A DNA stretch of 64,000 nucleotides from a bacterium (GTDB lineage Bacteria; UBA8248), in the NCBI GenBank assembly GCA_965204535.1, contig CBDBEV010000001.1, positions 384,001-448,000 on the forward strand, in the 5' to 3' direction. Each line of letters begins with the position of its first letter. Position 1 is the stretch's first letter. Positions 38,385-51,619 of this stretch are shown here, one piece after another. The notes under the pieces were generated by a model, which worked only from the letters and a program-made list of their open reading frames with translations, searched no databases and was not told where the DNA came from. The translations under genes were made by a program, and so were the position numbers.

Positions 38385-39263
38385 TTACACTTCAACGCTT
38401 CCCCGGCGAACCGCCTCGCCCATGCGCACCGCCTCGACGGCCGCCCCCACGTCGTGGGTGCGTATCACGTCCGCTCCGCCGACGGCGGCGAAGGCCTCGG
38501 CGACTTTCGAGCCGATCAACCGCTCCCCCGCCGCCTCCACCCCCGTGATCGCCCCGATGAAACTTTTTCTCGATACGCCGACGACCAGGGGACGGCCCAA
38601 ATCCCTCAACTCACCCAGCCGCCTCAATATCTCGAGGTTGTGATCCCACGATTTGCCAAAGCCGACGCCGGGGTCGATGAGAACCGAGCGTATGCCGTCC
38701 CGCTCGGCCTGACGCGCACTTTCCCGCAGGTAGCGCGACAACTCGCCCATGAGGTCCTCGTATTCGGGATTCTCCTGCATCGTACGCGGCTCGCCCCTCA
38801 TGTGCATGGCGACGGCCGCGGCACCGGATTCCGCGACCACCGCACGCATCCCGGGATCGCGAAGGCCCGTGACGTCGTTTACGATGTGAACCCCCGCCTC
38901 GAGGGCCGCGCGCGCCACGCCGGCCTTCGAGGTATCGACCGAGACGAGGGGGCCCTCATTCATGTTCATGCGTTCCAGAATCGGGACGACCCGCCGGATT
39001 TCCTCCGCCTCGTCAACACCTTGTGAGCCGGGCCGTGTACTCTCGCCGCCGATGTCGATGACGTCGGCTCCCTCTTCCGTCATCCGCGCGATCTGATCGA
39101 GCGCCGCCTCGAGGTCGAAAAAATCTCCGCCGTCGGAAAAGCTGTCCGGCGTGGCGTTCAAGACGCCCATGATCCGCACCCGCTCGAAACCAAGCGCCCG
39201 ACCGCGGCACTTCACGGCGGGCGCAGGAGTCCACTTCGCAGGTTCGAAACGCAGGCCCGCCAT
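38385..39263 (-). CDS. folP: Dihydropteroate synthase
   Basis: MGVLNATPDSFSDGG, IGGESTRPG, DPGVGFGK, SRKSF, RTHDV; ATG overlaps the folC stop. Confidence 0.96.
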   Translation of the reverse strand: MAGLRFEPAKWTPAPAVKCRGRALGFERVRIMGVLNATPDSFSDGGDFFDLEAALDQIARMTEEGADVIDIGGESTRPGSQGVDEAEEIRRVVPILERMNMNEGPLVSVDTSKAGVARAALEAGVHIVNDVTGLRDPGMRAVVAESGAAAVAMHMRGEPRTMQENPEYEDLMGELSRYLRESARQAERDGIRSVLIDPGVGFGKSWDHNLEILRRLGELRDLGRPLVVGVSRKSFIGAITGVEAAGERLIGSKVAEAFAAVGGADVIRTHDVGAAVEAVRMGEAVRRGSVEV

Positions 39264-40696
39264 CACAGGAGCGCCTCGGGAGGAAACGCGCTGCCGCTCT
39301 CCACGATGCGCTCCTCGCTCACCCAGCGTCGCCTGAGTTCTCCGGCCAGGAACATCGACCCCGTGACGACGACGAGGTCGTACTCCCCCGCTTCCCCGAG
39401 CGCTTGGTCGAGCGCCCCCCATGCGTCGATGCGCGTCTCCACGCGTTCGGCCCCCGCCTCTTCGAGCGCGCACGCGAAAACATCGGGCACCAAGCCGGGT
39501 CTGGGCGCGCTCGCCGGAGGGAGCGTGATGAAAAACCTGTCGCCCGAGGCCGCGAACACCTCCGCCATCCCGGCGAAGTCCTTATCGTTCACCGCCCCGA
39601 TAACGAAGATGAGCCGCTCGAACGCCCAATCGGAGATGCACTCCACCAGCGCCTGCGCCTTGTCGCGGTTGTGCGCGCCGTCGAGCACTACCTGCGGGGC
39701 GGACTGGACCAACTCCATCCGGCACGGCAGTCGCGCCGAGGCGACGCCCCACCGCACCTCCTGCTCACCCAGCCCCAGGAGCCGGCCCGCTCCGGCGGCG
39801 AGGCTCGCGTTTTCGGCCTGGTGTGCGCCGGGCATGGGGGTCGAGAAACCCTCCCACCGAACGCCGTCTTCAAACCCCAGATCGAAAAAAGCGCCATCGG
39901 GGCGCAAGTCCAAGTTCCCGGCGCGGGGCGGAGAAAACAAGCCGGCTTCGCGCTCGGAGGCGACGCGCTCGATTGCCGCGCGCGCATCGGGAAGCAGGTT
40001 TTGTGAGATGACGCGGCCTCTCTCCGTGATGATGCCGGCCTTGTCGCGCGCAATCTGCGCGATGGAATCACCGAGCAACTCGGTGTGGTCCAGCCCAATG
40101 GAAGTGATTACGTCGAGGACGGCGGGCCGCACGGCGTTCGTGGCGTCGAACGCGCCGCCCAGCCCGGCTTCCAGGACGAGGTATTCACAATCTTCCTCCC
40201 TGGCCATCAGAAGCAAGAGCGCGAGCGTCGACTCGAAAAACGAGGGCGGCCCGAACTCGGGCTCTCCCGCCATCTGCGCGGCGGCTTCGGCGAGTTCTTT
40301 CGCGCACCGCCCGATGAGGCCGGCTTCGGCGAAGCGGCCCCGAACCCAGAAACGCTCGATGATGGAGGTGAGGTGTGGGGAGAAAAATGCCGCCGTTCTC
40401 TTGCCCGACGCCAAAAGGGACTGCGCCAGCATCAGCGCGGTAGAGCCTTTGCCGCTCGTTCCCACGACGTGGACGACCGACTGCCCCGCCACAGGGACTT
40501 CAAGGATTTCATACAAGCGCGCGGCTCGGGTGAGACCCGGCCCATCCACCTTGATGCCGCGTTGGTCAAACCGCGTTCGCCAGGATTTTTTCGGTAATGC
40601 GGCCAGGGCGCTTAAAAAAACCTCCACGCGCCGCAGCGTCTCGATGGGCGCGAGGGAATCTTCCAGAGCGGGAGGGGCGAGGATATTTTGGGGCAT
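39263..40696 (-). CDS. folC: Folylpolyglutamate/dihydrofolate synthase
   Basis: HVVGTSGKGS, SPHL, EAGLGG..DATN, DH..LG, KAGI, LDGAHN, TGS. Confidence 0.9.
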   Translation of the reverse strand: MPQNILAPPALEDSLAPIETLRRVEVFLSALAALPKKSWRTRFDQRGIKVDGPGLTRAARLYEILEVPVAGQSVVHVVGTSGKGSTALMLAQSLLASGKRTAAFFSPHLTSIIERFWVRGRFAEAGLIGRCAKELAEAAAQMAGEPEFGPPSFFESTLALLLLMAREEDCEYLVLEAGLGGAFDATNAVRPAVLDVITSIGLDHTELLGDSIAQIARDKAGIITERGRVISQNLLPDARAAIERVASEREAGLFSPPRAGNLDLRPDGAFFDLGFEDGVRWEGFSTPMPGAHQAENASLAAGAGRLLGLGEQEVRWGVASARLPCRMELVQSAPQVVLDGAHNRDKAQALVECISDWAFERLIFVIGAVNDKDFAGMAEVFAASGDRFFITLPPASAPRPGLVPDVFACALEEAGAERVETRIDAWGALDQALGEAGEYDLVVVTGSMFLAGELRRRWVSEERIVESGSAFPPEALL

Positions 40697-40697
40697 C

Positions 40698-42239
40698 TCA
40701 ATGTCTGAAGTGGCGTCTGCCCGTGAAGACCATGGCGATGTCGTGCTCGGCCGCCGCCTCGATGACCTCTTCGTCGCGCATCGAGCCGCCCGGCTGGGCT
40801 ATCGCCTTCACGCCGTGGGAAGCCGCGGCGTCGATTCCGTCGCGGAACGGGAAGAAGGCGTCCGACCCCAGGGCGCAGCCCGCGAGGGGCAAGACGGCGC
40901 GCTCCGCCGCCAGGCGGGTGGAGTCCACCCGGCTCATCTGGCCCGCGCCCACGCCCACTGTGCCGTCCTTATCGGCCATGACGATGGCGTTGCTCTTCAC
41001 GTGGCGCGCCACGCGCCAGGCGATCCGGAGCGCCTTTTCCTCATCCGCCGAGGGCGCGCGGGGGGTGACGACCTCCCAACGGAACTCCTCCTCCGACAAC
41101 CGGTCGCGCTCCTGTAAGAGGACGCCGCCGGGTATCGAGCGCATGTCCATGCCGGCAGGCGCGGAATCGCCCCCCAGGCCGTCAAGCCTCAGGATTCTCA
41201 GATTTTTCTTCTTCCGCATGACGGCGAGGGCCTCATCGTCGAAATCGGGGGCGACCACCGCCTCGACGAAGAGCTTTCGCATGGCCTCGGCCGTCTGCGC
41301 ATCGACCTTGCGGTTATAGCCGATGACGCTGCCGAAGGCCGAAAGCGGGTCGCACGCGAGCGCGCGCTCATAAGCGGCCGCCTGGGTATCCCCCAAGCCC
41401 ACGCCGCACGGATTGGTGTGCTTAATGATGGCGCAGCCCACGCCTTCCAGATCGTGCGCGAGTTCGGCGGCGGCGGCGGCGTCGAGCAGATTGTTGAAGG
41501 AGAGTTCCTTGCCGCCCAGAATCTCGGCATCGCAGAGAGAAAACCCGCTCGGGCCACCCAGGCGATAGAGGGCGCCCTTCTGGTGTGGGTTCTCCCCGTA
41601 GCGGAGCGTCTGAACGAGGTCGAGATTCATCTCGATCCGTTCGGGCAGTGCATCCGCATCGCCACCGCCCAGATAGCCGGATATGGCGGCGTCATAACTC
41701 GCGGTGTGGCGAAACGCCTTCAGGGCCAGGCCCGCCAGCCAATCGGGCGGGAAATCTCCGCCGTTTCGGACGTGGGCGATGGCGTCGGGGTAATCGTCCG
41801 GGTCGACGAGCACGGCCACGCGGCCATGGTTCTTGGAAGCCGCGCGCACCATGGTGGGGCCGCCGATGTCGATTTGCTCGACCGCCTCCTCCCGCGTGAC
41901 GCCGGGCTTGGCGACGGTCTCCCGGAAGGGATAGAGGTTCACCGCCACCAGGTCGATGGGCGCGATGTCGTTCGCCCGCATCTCCTCTTCCTGCTCGGGC
42001 AGGAGCGCGAGGATGCCGCCCAGCACTTTGGGATGAAGCGTCTTGACGCGTCCGCCCATGATTTCGGGCTGACCCGTATAATCAGAAACCTCCCGCACGG
42101 GGACGCCCGCATCGCGCAGCGACCCGGCCGTGCCGCCGGTGGAGAGCACCTCCCATCCTGCGTCGGCCAGGGCGGCGCCGAGTTCGACGGCGCCTCTCTT
42201 GTCGCTCACGCTGATGACGGCGCGGCGCTTCTCGCTCAT
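40698..42239 (-). CDS. purH: Bifunctional AICAR transformylase/IMP cyclohydrolase
   Basis: ISVSDK, GRVKTLHP, LRYGENPHQ, KHTNPCG, SDAFFPF, RHFRH. Confidence 0.98.
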   Translation of the reverse strand: MSEKRRAVISVSDKRGAVELGAALADAGWEVLSTGGTAGSLRDAGVPVREVSDYTGQPEIMGGRVKTLHPKVLGGILALLPEQEEEMRANDIAPIDLVAVNLYPFRETVAKPGVTREEAVEQIDIGGPTMVRAASKNHGRVAVLVDPDDYPDAIAHVRNGGDFPPDWLAGLALKAFRHTASYDAAISGYLGGGDADALPERIEMNLDLVQTLRYGENPHQKGALYRLGGPSGFSLCDAEILGGKELSFNNLLDAAAAAELAHDLEGVGCAIIKHTNPCGVGLGDTQAAAYERALACDPLSAFGSVIGYNRKVDAQTAEAMRKLFVEAVVAPDFDDEALAVMRKKKNLRILRLDGLGGDSAPAGMDMRSIPGGVLLQERDRLSEEEFRWEVVTPRAPSADEEKALRIAWRVARHVKSNAIVMADKDGTVGVGAGQMSRVDSTRLAAERAVLPLAGCALGSDAFFPFRDGIDAAASHGVKAIAQPGGSMRDEEVIEAAAEHDIAMVFTGRRHFRH

Positions 42240-42242
42240 GGG

Positions 42243-43487
42243 TTATGCTTCCTCCCGGCGCACTTCGTATCCTTCCTGGAGCAGGATCTGTATCAACTCT
42301 TCGAGGTGCTCGCGCCCGCGAACCTCCATGTGGAGAGTCGAGAGGGTATGGTTGATGGGCACTTCCGTCGAAAGCCTGTCGTGTTCGATGTGGATGATGT
42401 TCACCCGGCAATCGGCCACGATTTGCGAAAGACGCATCAGCGCGCCGGGCACGTCGTGCAGCGGCACCTGTATCCGCGCGTAGCGGTTCGCGAGGGCCAG
42501 CCCCTTGCCGATGATTCGCGAGAGAAGGTTGACGTCAAGATTCCCGCCGCTGATCAGAGCGACCACCTTGCCGTTCACCCTGGTTTTCCTCTCGATGAGC
42601 GCCGCCAGGGAGGAGGCCCCCGCCGCCTCGCTCAGCATCCGCTCGCGCTCCAGGAGACCCAGAATGGCGTTGGCCATCGCATCGTCCGAAACCGAGACCA
42701 CCTGATCCACCAGGTCCTGAATCAGGGGAAAGCAAAGCTCTCCGTTTCTCTTGACGGCGATGCCGTCCGCAATCGTCTGGACCGTTTTCGACTCGACGAT
42801 TCTCCCCGCGTCGAGCGAGCGCATGAGCGCCGCAGCGCCCTCCGCCACCACGCCGATGAGGCGCACGTTCGGTTTTCTGGTTTTCACCACCGCGGCGAGG
42901 CCCGAGATGAGGCCGCCGCCGCCGACGGGAACGAGGATGGTGCCCACATCGGGCACTTCTTCGAGTATCTCGATGCCCAGCGTGCCCTGGCCCGCGATGA
43001 CGTCAGGGTGATCGAAAGGCGGGAGCATCGTGAGGCCGCGATCTTCCTCGTAGGCGCGCGCACGCGCATAGGCGTCATCGAACGATGCGCCGAACAGTTC
43101 CGTCTCTGCGCCCAGGGCGCGCACGGCGTCGAGCTTGGTGTTCGGCGTGGCTTCGGGCATCACGACCAGGGCCCGGACACCCAACTGCCTGGCCGCGAAG
43201 GCCACGCCTTGGGCGTGGTTCCCTGCGCTCGCGGTCACGACGCCCCACTGGAGCTGCGCGGGTTCCAGCTTTTGCAATGCGTAGAGAGCGCCGCGCACCT
43301 TGAACGAGCCCGTGCGCTGGAAATTCTCCGGCTTGAGATATATCTCGACACCCAACTGCTCGGAGAAATGCTCGCTGAGACGCGCGGGGGTCGGCCTCAG
43401 ATGAGGGGATATCGCCTCCGCCGCCCGAGCCGCCTCGGCGGCGATGAGCGATGGCTCCAGTGCTTTTTGTGATACCTGGGATTCCAT
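42243..43487 (-). CDS. ilvA: Threonine ammonia-lyase with C-terminal ACT domain
   Basis: QRTGSFKVRGA (PLP Lys), SAGNHAQG, GGGGL, SGGN, DVPG ACT domain. Confidence 0.93.
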   Translation of the reverse strand: MESQVSQKALEPSLIAAEAARAAEAISPHLRPTPARLSEHFSEQLGVEIYLKPENFQRTGSFKVRGALYALQKLEPAQLQWGVVTASAGNHAQGVAFAARQLGVRALVVMPEATPNTKLDAVRALGAETELFGASFDDAYARARAYEEDRGLTMLPPFDHPDVIAGQGTLGIEILEEVPDVGTILVPVGGGGLISGLAAVVKTRKPNVRLIGVVAEGAAALMRSLDAGRIVESKTVQTIADGIAVKRNGELCFPLIQDLVDQVVSVSDDAMANAILGLLERERMLSEAAGASSLAALIERKTRVNGKVVALISGGNLDVNLLSRIIGKGLALANRYARIQVPLHDVPGALMRLSQIVADCRVNIIHIEHDRLSTEVPINHTLSTLHMEVRGREHLEELIQILLQEGYEVRREEA

Positions 43488-43640
43488 GCGTCCTTATTTT
43501 CCTTTGTCGTTCGAGAAGAAAAGCGCGCCCCTTACCACCCCGACCCGCGTCCGTATCCGAACGGCCAACCCCTATCCGTGCATCGGGAATCGCGAGGCGG
43601 GCGTTTTCACGTTCAGCGGAGCGCTCACCTGGACATCTCG

Positions 43641-44007
<367 letters not shown>

Positions 44008-44080
44008 AGATACTTCATACGCCAGCGCCATCGCCTGCACAACCGGCGGTCGGCAAGCGGCGTGGCGCGCATGCGTCTCC

Positions 44081-44494
44081 TCAACCCATCCCGCCGTCGA
44101 TGGCGCGATTGGCGGCGGCGTCGGCCGCCGTGTTTTCGCCGCGGCGTACATGGCGCACCTCGATGGAGCCGAATTTCCCCGCCGCCGCCTTCGCCCGCTC
44201 ATACAAGGGCTTGAGCGCCTTGTTCCTGACCCGGTACTCACCGCTCCACTGGCGAACCATGAGTTCGGAGTCGGTAACGACTTCCACGCTACGGGCGCCG
44301 AGTTGCACTGCGCGCTCAAGGCCCAGCAAGAACGCCTGGTATTCCGCCACGTTATTCGTCGCCGTGCCGAGATACTTCGTCTCCTCCGCCACGCAATTGC
44401 CCGCATCGTCGTACAACAGAGCGGCGGCGCCCGCAGGACCCGGATTCCCCCTTGCCGCGCCGTCGGTGTGAATCCGCAGGTGGCCCGCTCTCAT
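44081..44494 (-). CDS. rnhA: Ribonuclease HI family protein
   Basis: DGAARGNPG, TNNVAEY, DSEL..RQ, N..AD. Confidence 0.92.
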   Translation of the reverse strand: MRAGHLRIHTDGAARGNPGPAGAAALLYDDAGNCVAEETKYLGTATNNVAEYQAFLLGLERAVQLGARSVEVVTDSELMVRQWSGEYRVRNKALKPLYERAKAAAGKFGSIEVRHVRRGENTAADAAANRAIDGGMG

Positions 44495-45240
44495 TCAGGG
44501 TCCACCGCCGGCAGACTCAACTCCGCGGTCTCGCCCTCCTGGTAGAAGAGGATGCGCTTGCAGTTCGAACACGTGTAAATCCTGTCTTCCGAATCCCTGA
44601 TCTCCAGAAAGCGCTTGATGGTCTCCGCCGTGCGGCAACCCTGGCAGGTGCGATTGACGATGGCGCAAACGGCGAGCCCTTTCCGGGATTTTCTCAAGCC
44701 TTTATAGCGCTTCATCCACTCCTCGCTCACGCCGCCTGCGAGGGTTTTCGACTTATCGAGGAGTTCGCCCAGTTCACGATCGAAATCCGCCCGATGGTTC
44801 TCGTACTTCTTCACTTCGCCCTGCACCTTGCCCCGGGCCGCCTCTAATTCGCCGCGCGCGCCTGCGAGCTTCTCCTCGTGCGCCGGCATACTATCCATGA
44901 TCTCGAGAACGACATCCTCTAAAGCGCTGATCCGGTTCTGATACCCTTCAATCTCAGCACCCAGGGCGCGGTATTCCTCGTTCGTCTTGACGAGCGTCTG
45001 CTTGCCGCGGGTGTCCCTGAGTTTCTGATCGAAGGACTGGATTTCGCCCTCCGCTTCACGCAGTTTCTTCCTGGCGGCTTCCACTTCCCCCTCGAGTTCC
45101 TCGACAGAAGACTCGAAGCTCGCCAGATACTGCTTTTCCTTTTCGATGGAGGCGGGAATTTTCGAAATCGCACCGCGGCATTGATCCATCTTGACGTCAA
45201 TCGCCTGAAGCTCCATCAAGGCCGCCAATTCCGGGTGCAC
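44491..45240 (-). CDS. Coiled-coil C4 zinc-ribbon protein (DUF164/CdsZ-like)
   Basis: LQAID N-terminus, long coiled coil, CQGC...CSNCKRIL. Confidence 0.9.
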   Translation of the reverse strand: MHPELAALMELQAIDVKMDQCRGAISKIPASIEKEKQYLASFESSVEELEGEVEAARKKLREAEGEIQSFDQKLRDTRGKQTLVKTNEEYRALGAEIEGYQNRISALEDVVLEIMDSMPAHEEKLAGARGELEAARGKVQGEVKKYENHRADFDRELGELLDKSKTLAGGVSEEWMKRYKGLRKSRKGLAVCAIVNRTCQGCRTAETIKRFLEIRDSEDRIYTCSNCKRILFYQEGETAELSLPAVDPE

Positions 45241-45285
45241 TAGGTCAAACTCCTCGCATCATTCGGTTATCGACCAGAAATCGTG

Positions 45286-45360
45286 TGGTGGGCCCACCTG
45301 GATTCGAACCAAGGACCAGCCGGTTATGAGCCGGCGGCTCTACCGCTGAGCTATGGGCCC
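45286..45360 (-). tRNA. tRNA with CAT anticodon, most likely tRNA-Ile2 (lysidine)
   Basis: Reverse complement GGGCCCATAGCTCAGCGGTAGAGC-C-GCCGG-CTCATAA-CCGGC...GGTTCGAATCC..TGGGCCC-A-CCA. G1-C72 is paired, so it is not an initiator; location downstream of rpoD is typical of Ile2. Confidence 0.93.
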
Positions 45361-45486
45361 GATAGCAACGCGACCGTCAAGAGTGCGCATCGGAAAACCG
45401 GTGCGTCCTCCGCCTCGGGCGCCACCCGTTCGCTGTGCATATATGGCCCCGCGCGCGTTCAATGTCAATCGCGCGGGGTTTGCGCC

Positions 45487-47271
<1,785 letters not shown>

Positions 47272-47347
47272 TGTCACTCTCCTCTTCGTCCGGCCAGGCA
47301 GTTTAACCACTGCGAATCCGTGAAAATACAAAATCCTCGAAAACGCT

Positions 47348-49234
47348 TCAACGCGGAGAGGCCGCTCGCTGCCGCTCGCGCAAAAGCGCGTTTTTCCGTT
47401 CCATGAGTTTCCACATCTCGGGGGAATCCTCCCCCTCCTGCTTTCGTGTCTGCTCGATGCGCTTCATCAAATCCGCTTCCATCTTTCGGCGGTGCCGCTC
47501 CTTGAGCCTCTCGATGCAATCGAAAAGCTCCGCCTCCACATCTTCGGGTTCCACCTCCACGACGGCCAACTCCACCACCAGGGCGCGCGCGGCGGGGCTC
47601 TTCAGCCTGTCCGCGATGGAAGCCGCCGTGAGCGAGGCCGCATCCTCGGATTTCATGAGGGAGAGGACCTCGCCCACCGCCGGGTCGGTCATGAGTCCAT
47701 CGGGCACCTCGGACGCCAACTCCGGCCTCATGAGCAAGAGTTGCAAGGCGTCCGTCTCGAATTTTGGACGATCAAGGTTCTCGCCCAGCAGATCGACCTG
47801 GTTTTCCTCTTTGCGGGGCGAACTCTCCCGGGCGTTTTCGGCCTGCAACCTCCTCACCATGGCCGTCAGCGTGGGATAGGGAATCCCGAGTTGATCCTCC
47901 ACCAAAGCCAAATATTGGTCCTGAACGCTGCGGTGGCAAGCCCCGAGTATGGGCAAGAGCCTCTGGACGCCCTCGATTTTCTCGGCCTGGCTCGCACCCG
48001 CGGCGATTCCGGCCATCGCGGTCTGGACGGTGTTCTCCAGGATGCCCTCGGCAGAGGAAAGCAGCCGGGCGAAGTCCTCCGCGCCGTTTTCTCCCAGAAA
48101 CGTGTCGACGTCGCGCCCCTCGGGCAGGTTCACCACCTTGAGGCGCACGGCGCCCGCCCCGTCGCGATCGATGAAATTCTTGCGCAGCACGTCGCTGGCC
48201 ACGAGCAGATCGGGCGCGCCCGCGAGGCCGAGCATCCGCCCCGCCACCGAACCCGCGCGCTCCGAAGCCGCGAGACCCGCGGCATCGGGATCAAAGACGA
48301 ACACGAGTTCCTCGGCGTGCGCTCGGAGACTCCTGATGTGCTCTGCGGTCAGCGCCGTGCCGAGGGGCGCCACGGCCTCCCGGAACCCATGCCGCCAGAG
48401 CGATATGACGTCGAAATACCCCTCCGTCACCAGGACGCGCTTTTTCTCGCGAATCGACTCCCTGCCCTCGTAAAAGCCATACAGCGTCCGGCCCTTCTTG
48501 AAGAGCGCCGTATCCGGCGAATTCACGTACTTCGCGGTGGCGTGGCGCGGGTCGCTGTCGGGCAGCGAACGCCCGCCGAAGCCCACTATCTCGCCCTCGT
48601 GGTTGCGGATGGGGAACATGATGCGGTCCCGGAAGCGGTCGTAATGCCCGCTCCCGTCCTCGCGCCGCACGGCGAGGCCCGCCTCCGCGAGGTCGTCGGG
48701 CGACACCCCCCTTTTTCCCGCGGCCTTGATGAGCGCGTCCCAGCGCGGCGGCGCGAAACCGACATGAAACCTATCGAGGGCGTCTTCCGCAACGCCGCGC
48801 TCCTCGAGATACTTGCGGCCCCGCTCGCCCAGGTTGCTCTTGAGCGCCGCCTTGAAGAAATCCGCCGCCAGACGATTCGCGGCCAGTATCTTCCCGCGCG
48901 CGTCGGGCTTCCGGGGGCCTCGCTCCCGGGAATCCTCATAGCGGGACAGGTCGATTCCCTGGCGTTTCGCCAGACGTTCGAGCGCCTCGGGGAAAGTCAT
49001 GCCCTCATGCTGCATCAGGAACTGAAAGACGTTGCCGCCCGCACCGCACCCGAAGCACTTGTAGATGCCCATGCGCGGGTTCACGTTGAACGAAGGCGTC
49101 TTCTCGTCATGGAACGGACAGAGACCCTTGTAGTTCGTGCCCGCTTTCTTGAGGTTCACGAACTCGCCGACGACGTCCTCTATCGGGGCGCCGTCCCGTA
49201 TCTGATCGACCACCTCTTCAGGTACTCGTCCCAT
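47348..49234 (-). CDS. dnaG: DNA primase
   Basis: [11 protein letters not shown]...CFGC, KYVNSP, EGYFD, DPDAAG. Confidence 0.97.
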   Translation of the reverse strand: MGRVPEEVVDQIRDGAPIEDVVGEFVNLKKAGTNYKGLCPFHDEKTPSFNVNPRMGIYKCFGCGAGGNVFQFLMQHEGMTFPEALERLAKRQGIDLSRYEDSRERGPRKPDARGKILAANRLAADFFKAALKSNLGERGRKYLEERGVAEDALDRFHVGFAPPRWDALIKAAGKRGVSPDDLAEAGLAVRREDGSGHYDRFRDRIMFPIRNHEGEIVGFGGRSLPDSDPRHATAKYVNSPDTALFKKGRTLYGFYEGRESIREKKRVLVTEGYFDVISLWRHGFREAVAPLGTALTAEHIRSLRAHAEELVFVFDPDAAGLAASERAGSVAGRMLGLAGAPDLLVASDVLRKNFIDRDGAGAVRLKVVNLPEGRDVDTFLGENGAEDFARLLSSAEGILENTVQTAMAGIAAGASQAEKIEGVQRLLPILGACHRSVQDQYLALVEDQLGIPYPTLTAMVRRLQAENARESSPRKEENQVDLLGENLDRPKFETDALQLLLMRPELASEVPDGLMTDPAVGEVLSLMKSEDAASLTAASIADRLKSPAARALVVELAVVEVEPEDVEAELFDCIERLKERHRRKMEADLMKRIEQTRKQEGEDSPEMWKLMERKNALLRERQRAASPR

Positions 49235-49264
49235 TCCTGCATCCTCATTCCGAAACGCGGCGCA

Positions 49265-51619
49265 TCAACGCAGGGCCAGCTCCACGTTTGTGACGCCCCA
49301 GCCGCCCTCTTCGGGCCGGGCGGGGCCGAACTTCGACACCAGGGTGTGACTTTCAAGCCGCTCCGCAATGACCTTGGAGAGCACCCCCTCCCCCTTGCCG
49401 TGAACGATGCGAACCGACGCGATTCCCACCAGCGCGGCGTCGTCGAGATATTTATCCACCATCTCGAGGGCGCGCTCGGCGCGCACGCCGCGAAGTTGAA
49501 GCTCGGGCGAGAAATCATCCCCCCGCGAATCGCCGTCGTGCGTAACCCTGCTCCTGCGGGCGGGCGCGCCCGGCGCATCGTCCAGAACTTCCACCACATT
49601 GGAAGACAGGCGCAGGGCTTTGCCGTTCACCGACACGGTCAACTCGTCCTCTCCGTGCAATGCGGCCACCACGCCCGTGCAGTTCATGAGCGGGATGCGC
49701 ACCCTGTCTCCCACGCGGCATGAAATCGACGTACGTTTCGCCGCCTCCTCTTCCCTCTCTGGAAGCGCTTCCTCGATCCTGGCGCTCATCTCGCGGATGC
49801 GCTCGCGCGCGATTCCCTTGGCTTCCTCCATTTCGAGCGCCCCGCGCATCTCGTTCAGAAGATCATCGGCCTCGCGCCTCAAGTCCTTGAGGAACCGGGC
49901 CGCGTCATCGCCTCTTTGGCGGGCCTCCTCGCCCAACTGGCGCTCGACTTCCCTCTCTTGCTCTTCGACTTGCGCCCGCCGGGCCGAGAGGTCGGCCTCT
50001 TTTTCTTCGATCTCGCGCTGCTGCTCGGAGAGGTTCGCCATGAGGCGATCCACCTGGACGGGGCCTTTCATGAGCAGCGCATCCGCGCGCGCCAGCACGG
50101 ACTCGGGCAAGCCCATCTTCTGCGCCACCGACATGGCGTTGCTCGGCCCCGCAGCACCCATGCGGATCCGGTAGGTGGGCGAGAGGTCATCGGCGTCGAA
50201 CTCCACCGAGGCGTTCTCGGCGTGCGCGGCCCCATAGGCGTAATGCTTCAGCGCATCGTGGTGCGTCGTCACGATGCAGAGCGCGCCGCTTTCGGCCAGA
50301 TGCTCGAGCACGGAGACGCCGATGGCCGAACCCTCCGCCGGGTCGGTGCCCGAACCCAACTCGTCGAGGAGCACGAGCACGCCCTCATCCGCCTTGCGCA
50401 CAGCACCCGATACGCGCGCCATGTGGCCCGAGAAGGTGCTCAGGTTCTGCTGAATGTCCTGCTCATCCCCAATGTCGGCGACGAGCGTCTTGACGACGGG
50501 CAGCGCGCTCTCGGGCGCAGCCGGTATGGGTACGCCGCACTGGTGAAGCGCGGCGCAAAGGCCCACCGTCTTCAAGGCCACCGTCTTGCCGCCCGTGTTG
50601 GGACCGGTGATGAGGAGCTGACGCACCCCGTCTCTCCCGACTTCGAGGTCGATGGGCACCACCCGCTCCTTCGGCACGGCGCCGACGCCCGCCGTGAGCA
50701 GGGGATGCCGCGCGGCTCTTAGCCGGATGCTTCCGTCCGCGCTCGCCAGAGCGCGCGCGCCGCGCCAATCGACCCCCAGGCGCGCCTTCGCCCAGATGAG
50801 GTCGAGCGCCGCCAGGCACTCCACCAGATAAACGATTGCCTCGCGCGCCGCCATGACCTCCGCGGTCAGTTCGCGCAGGATTCTCTCCACCTCCGCGCGC
50901 TCGGCCTCGCGCTCCTCGGCGATCGCGTTGTTGACGGGCACCGCCGAGAGCGGCTCGACGAACAGGGTTTCTCCGCTTGCCGAGCGGTCCTGAATCACGC
51001 CCTCGAACGAGCGCTTAAAGGTCGTCCTGGCGGGAATCAGATACCGCTCGCGCCGCTGGACGATCAGATTCTCCTGTATCGCATTCGGGTGCGCGGCCAT
51101 TATCCTGTCAAGGAGACGCCGTATCTCGGTCCTGAGCGCACGCTGTTTCGTTCTCGATTCCTGGAGTTCCGGGCTCGCGTCGTCGCGCACCTCGCCGCGC
51201 TCATCGAGAATGCGCCGGATACGCGCGGCCAGGGGATATTGCATGTCCGCACTGTGAATACGCATCCGGAGCCTCGGCAGCCTCTCGGCGCGCTCCTCCA
51301 CGAAGCGGCGCACGTCGGAGGCGAGGTTCAGCAACGAGAGTATCGAGAGGAATTTCTCGCCCTCGAGGTTCCCTCCCCGGCGTCTGATGTCCTCGAGCCA
51401 CTCTTCGGGATCATCGAACGCGGCCAGCGGCATGTGCTCCCCGGCGCCCAGGAGCGCCAGGGCCTCATCGGTCTCATCGAGCAGGGTATCGACCTCGAAA
51501 GACGAGGTGAGCGGAACGAGCGCCTTGGCCGCAGCTTCGCCGGACGCCGAGGCGCAGCGAGCCTCCAGCAACCTCAGAATACTTGCGAATTCAATGCCTT
51601 GCAGTGTGCGCTCATCCAT
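49265..51619 (-). CDS. mutS2: Endonuclease MutS2
   Basis: TGPNTGGKT, DIGDEQ, STFSGHM, LDELGSGTDP, C-terminal Smr domain (VHGKGEG..GGWGVT). Confidence 0.96.
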   Translation of the reverse strand: MDERTLQGIEFASILRLLEARCASASGEAAAKALVPLTSSFEVDTLLDETDEALALLGAGEHMPLAAFDDPEEWLEDIRRRGGNLEGEKFLSILSLLNLASDVRRFVEERAERLPRLRMRIHSADMQYPLAARIRRILDERGEVRDDASPELQESRTKQRALRTEIRRLLDRIMAAHPNAIQENLIVQRRERYLIPARTTFKRSFEGVIQDRSASGETLFVEPLSAVPVNNAIAEEREAERAEVERILRELTAEVMAAREAIVYLVECLAALDLIWAKARLGVDWRGARALASADGSIRLRAARHPLLTAGVGAVPKERVVPIDLEVGRDGVRQLLITGPNTGGKTVALKTVGLCAALHQCGVPIPAAPESALPVVKTLVADIGDEQDIQQNLSTFSGHMARVSGAVRKADEGVLVLLDELGSGTDPAEGSAIGVSVLEHLAESGALCIVTTHHDALKHYAYGAAHAENASVEFDADDLSPTYRIRMGAAGPSNAMSVAQKMGLPESVLARADALLMKGPVQVDRLMANLSEQQREIEEKEADLSARRAQVEEQEREVERQLGEEARQRGDDAARFLKDLRREADDLLNEMRGALEMEEAKGIARERIREMSARIEEALPEREEEAAKRTSISCRVGDRVRIPLMNCTGVVAALHGEDELTVSVNGKALRLSSNVVEVLDDAPGAPARRSRVTHDGDSRGDDFSPELQLRGVRAERALEMVDKYLDDAALVGIASVRIVHGKGEGVLSKVIAERLESHTLVSKFGPARPEEGGWGVTNVELALR

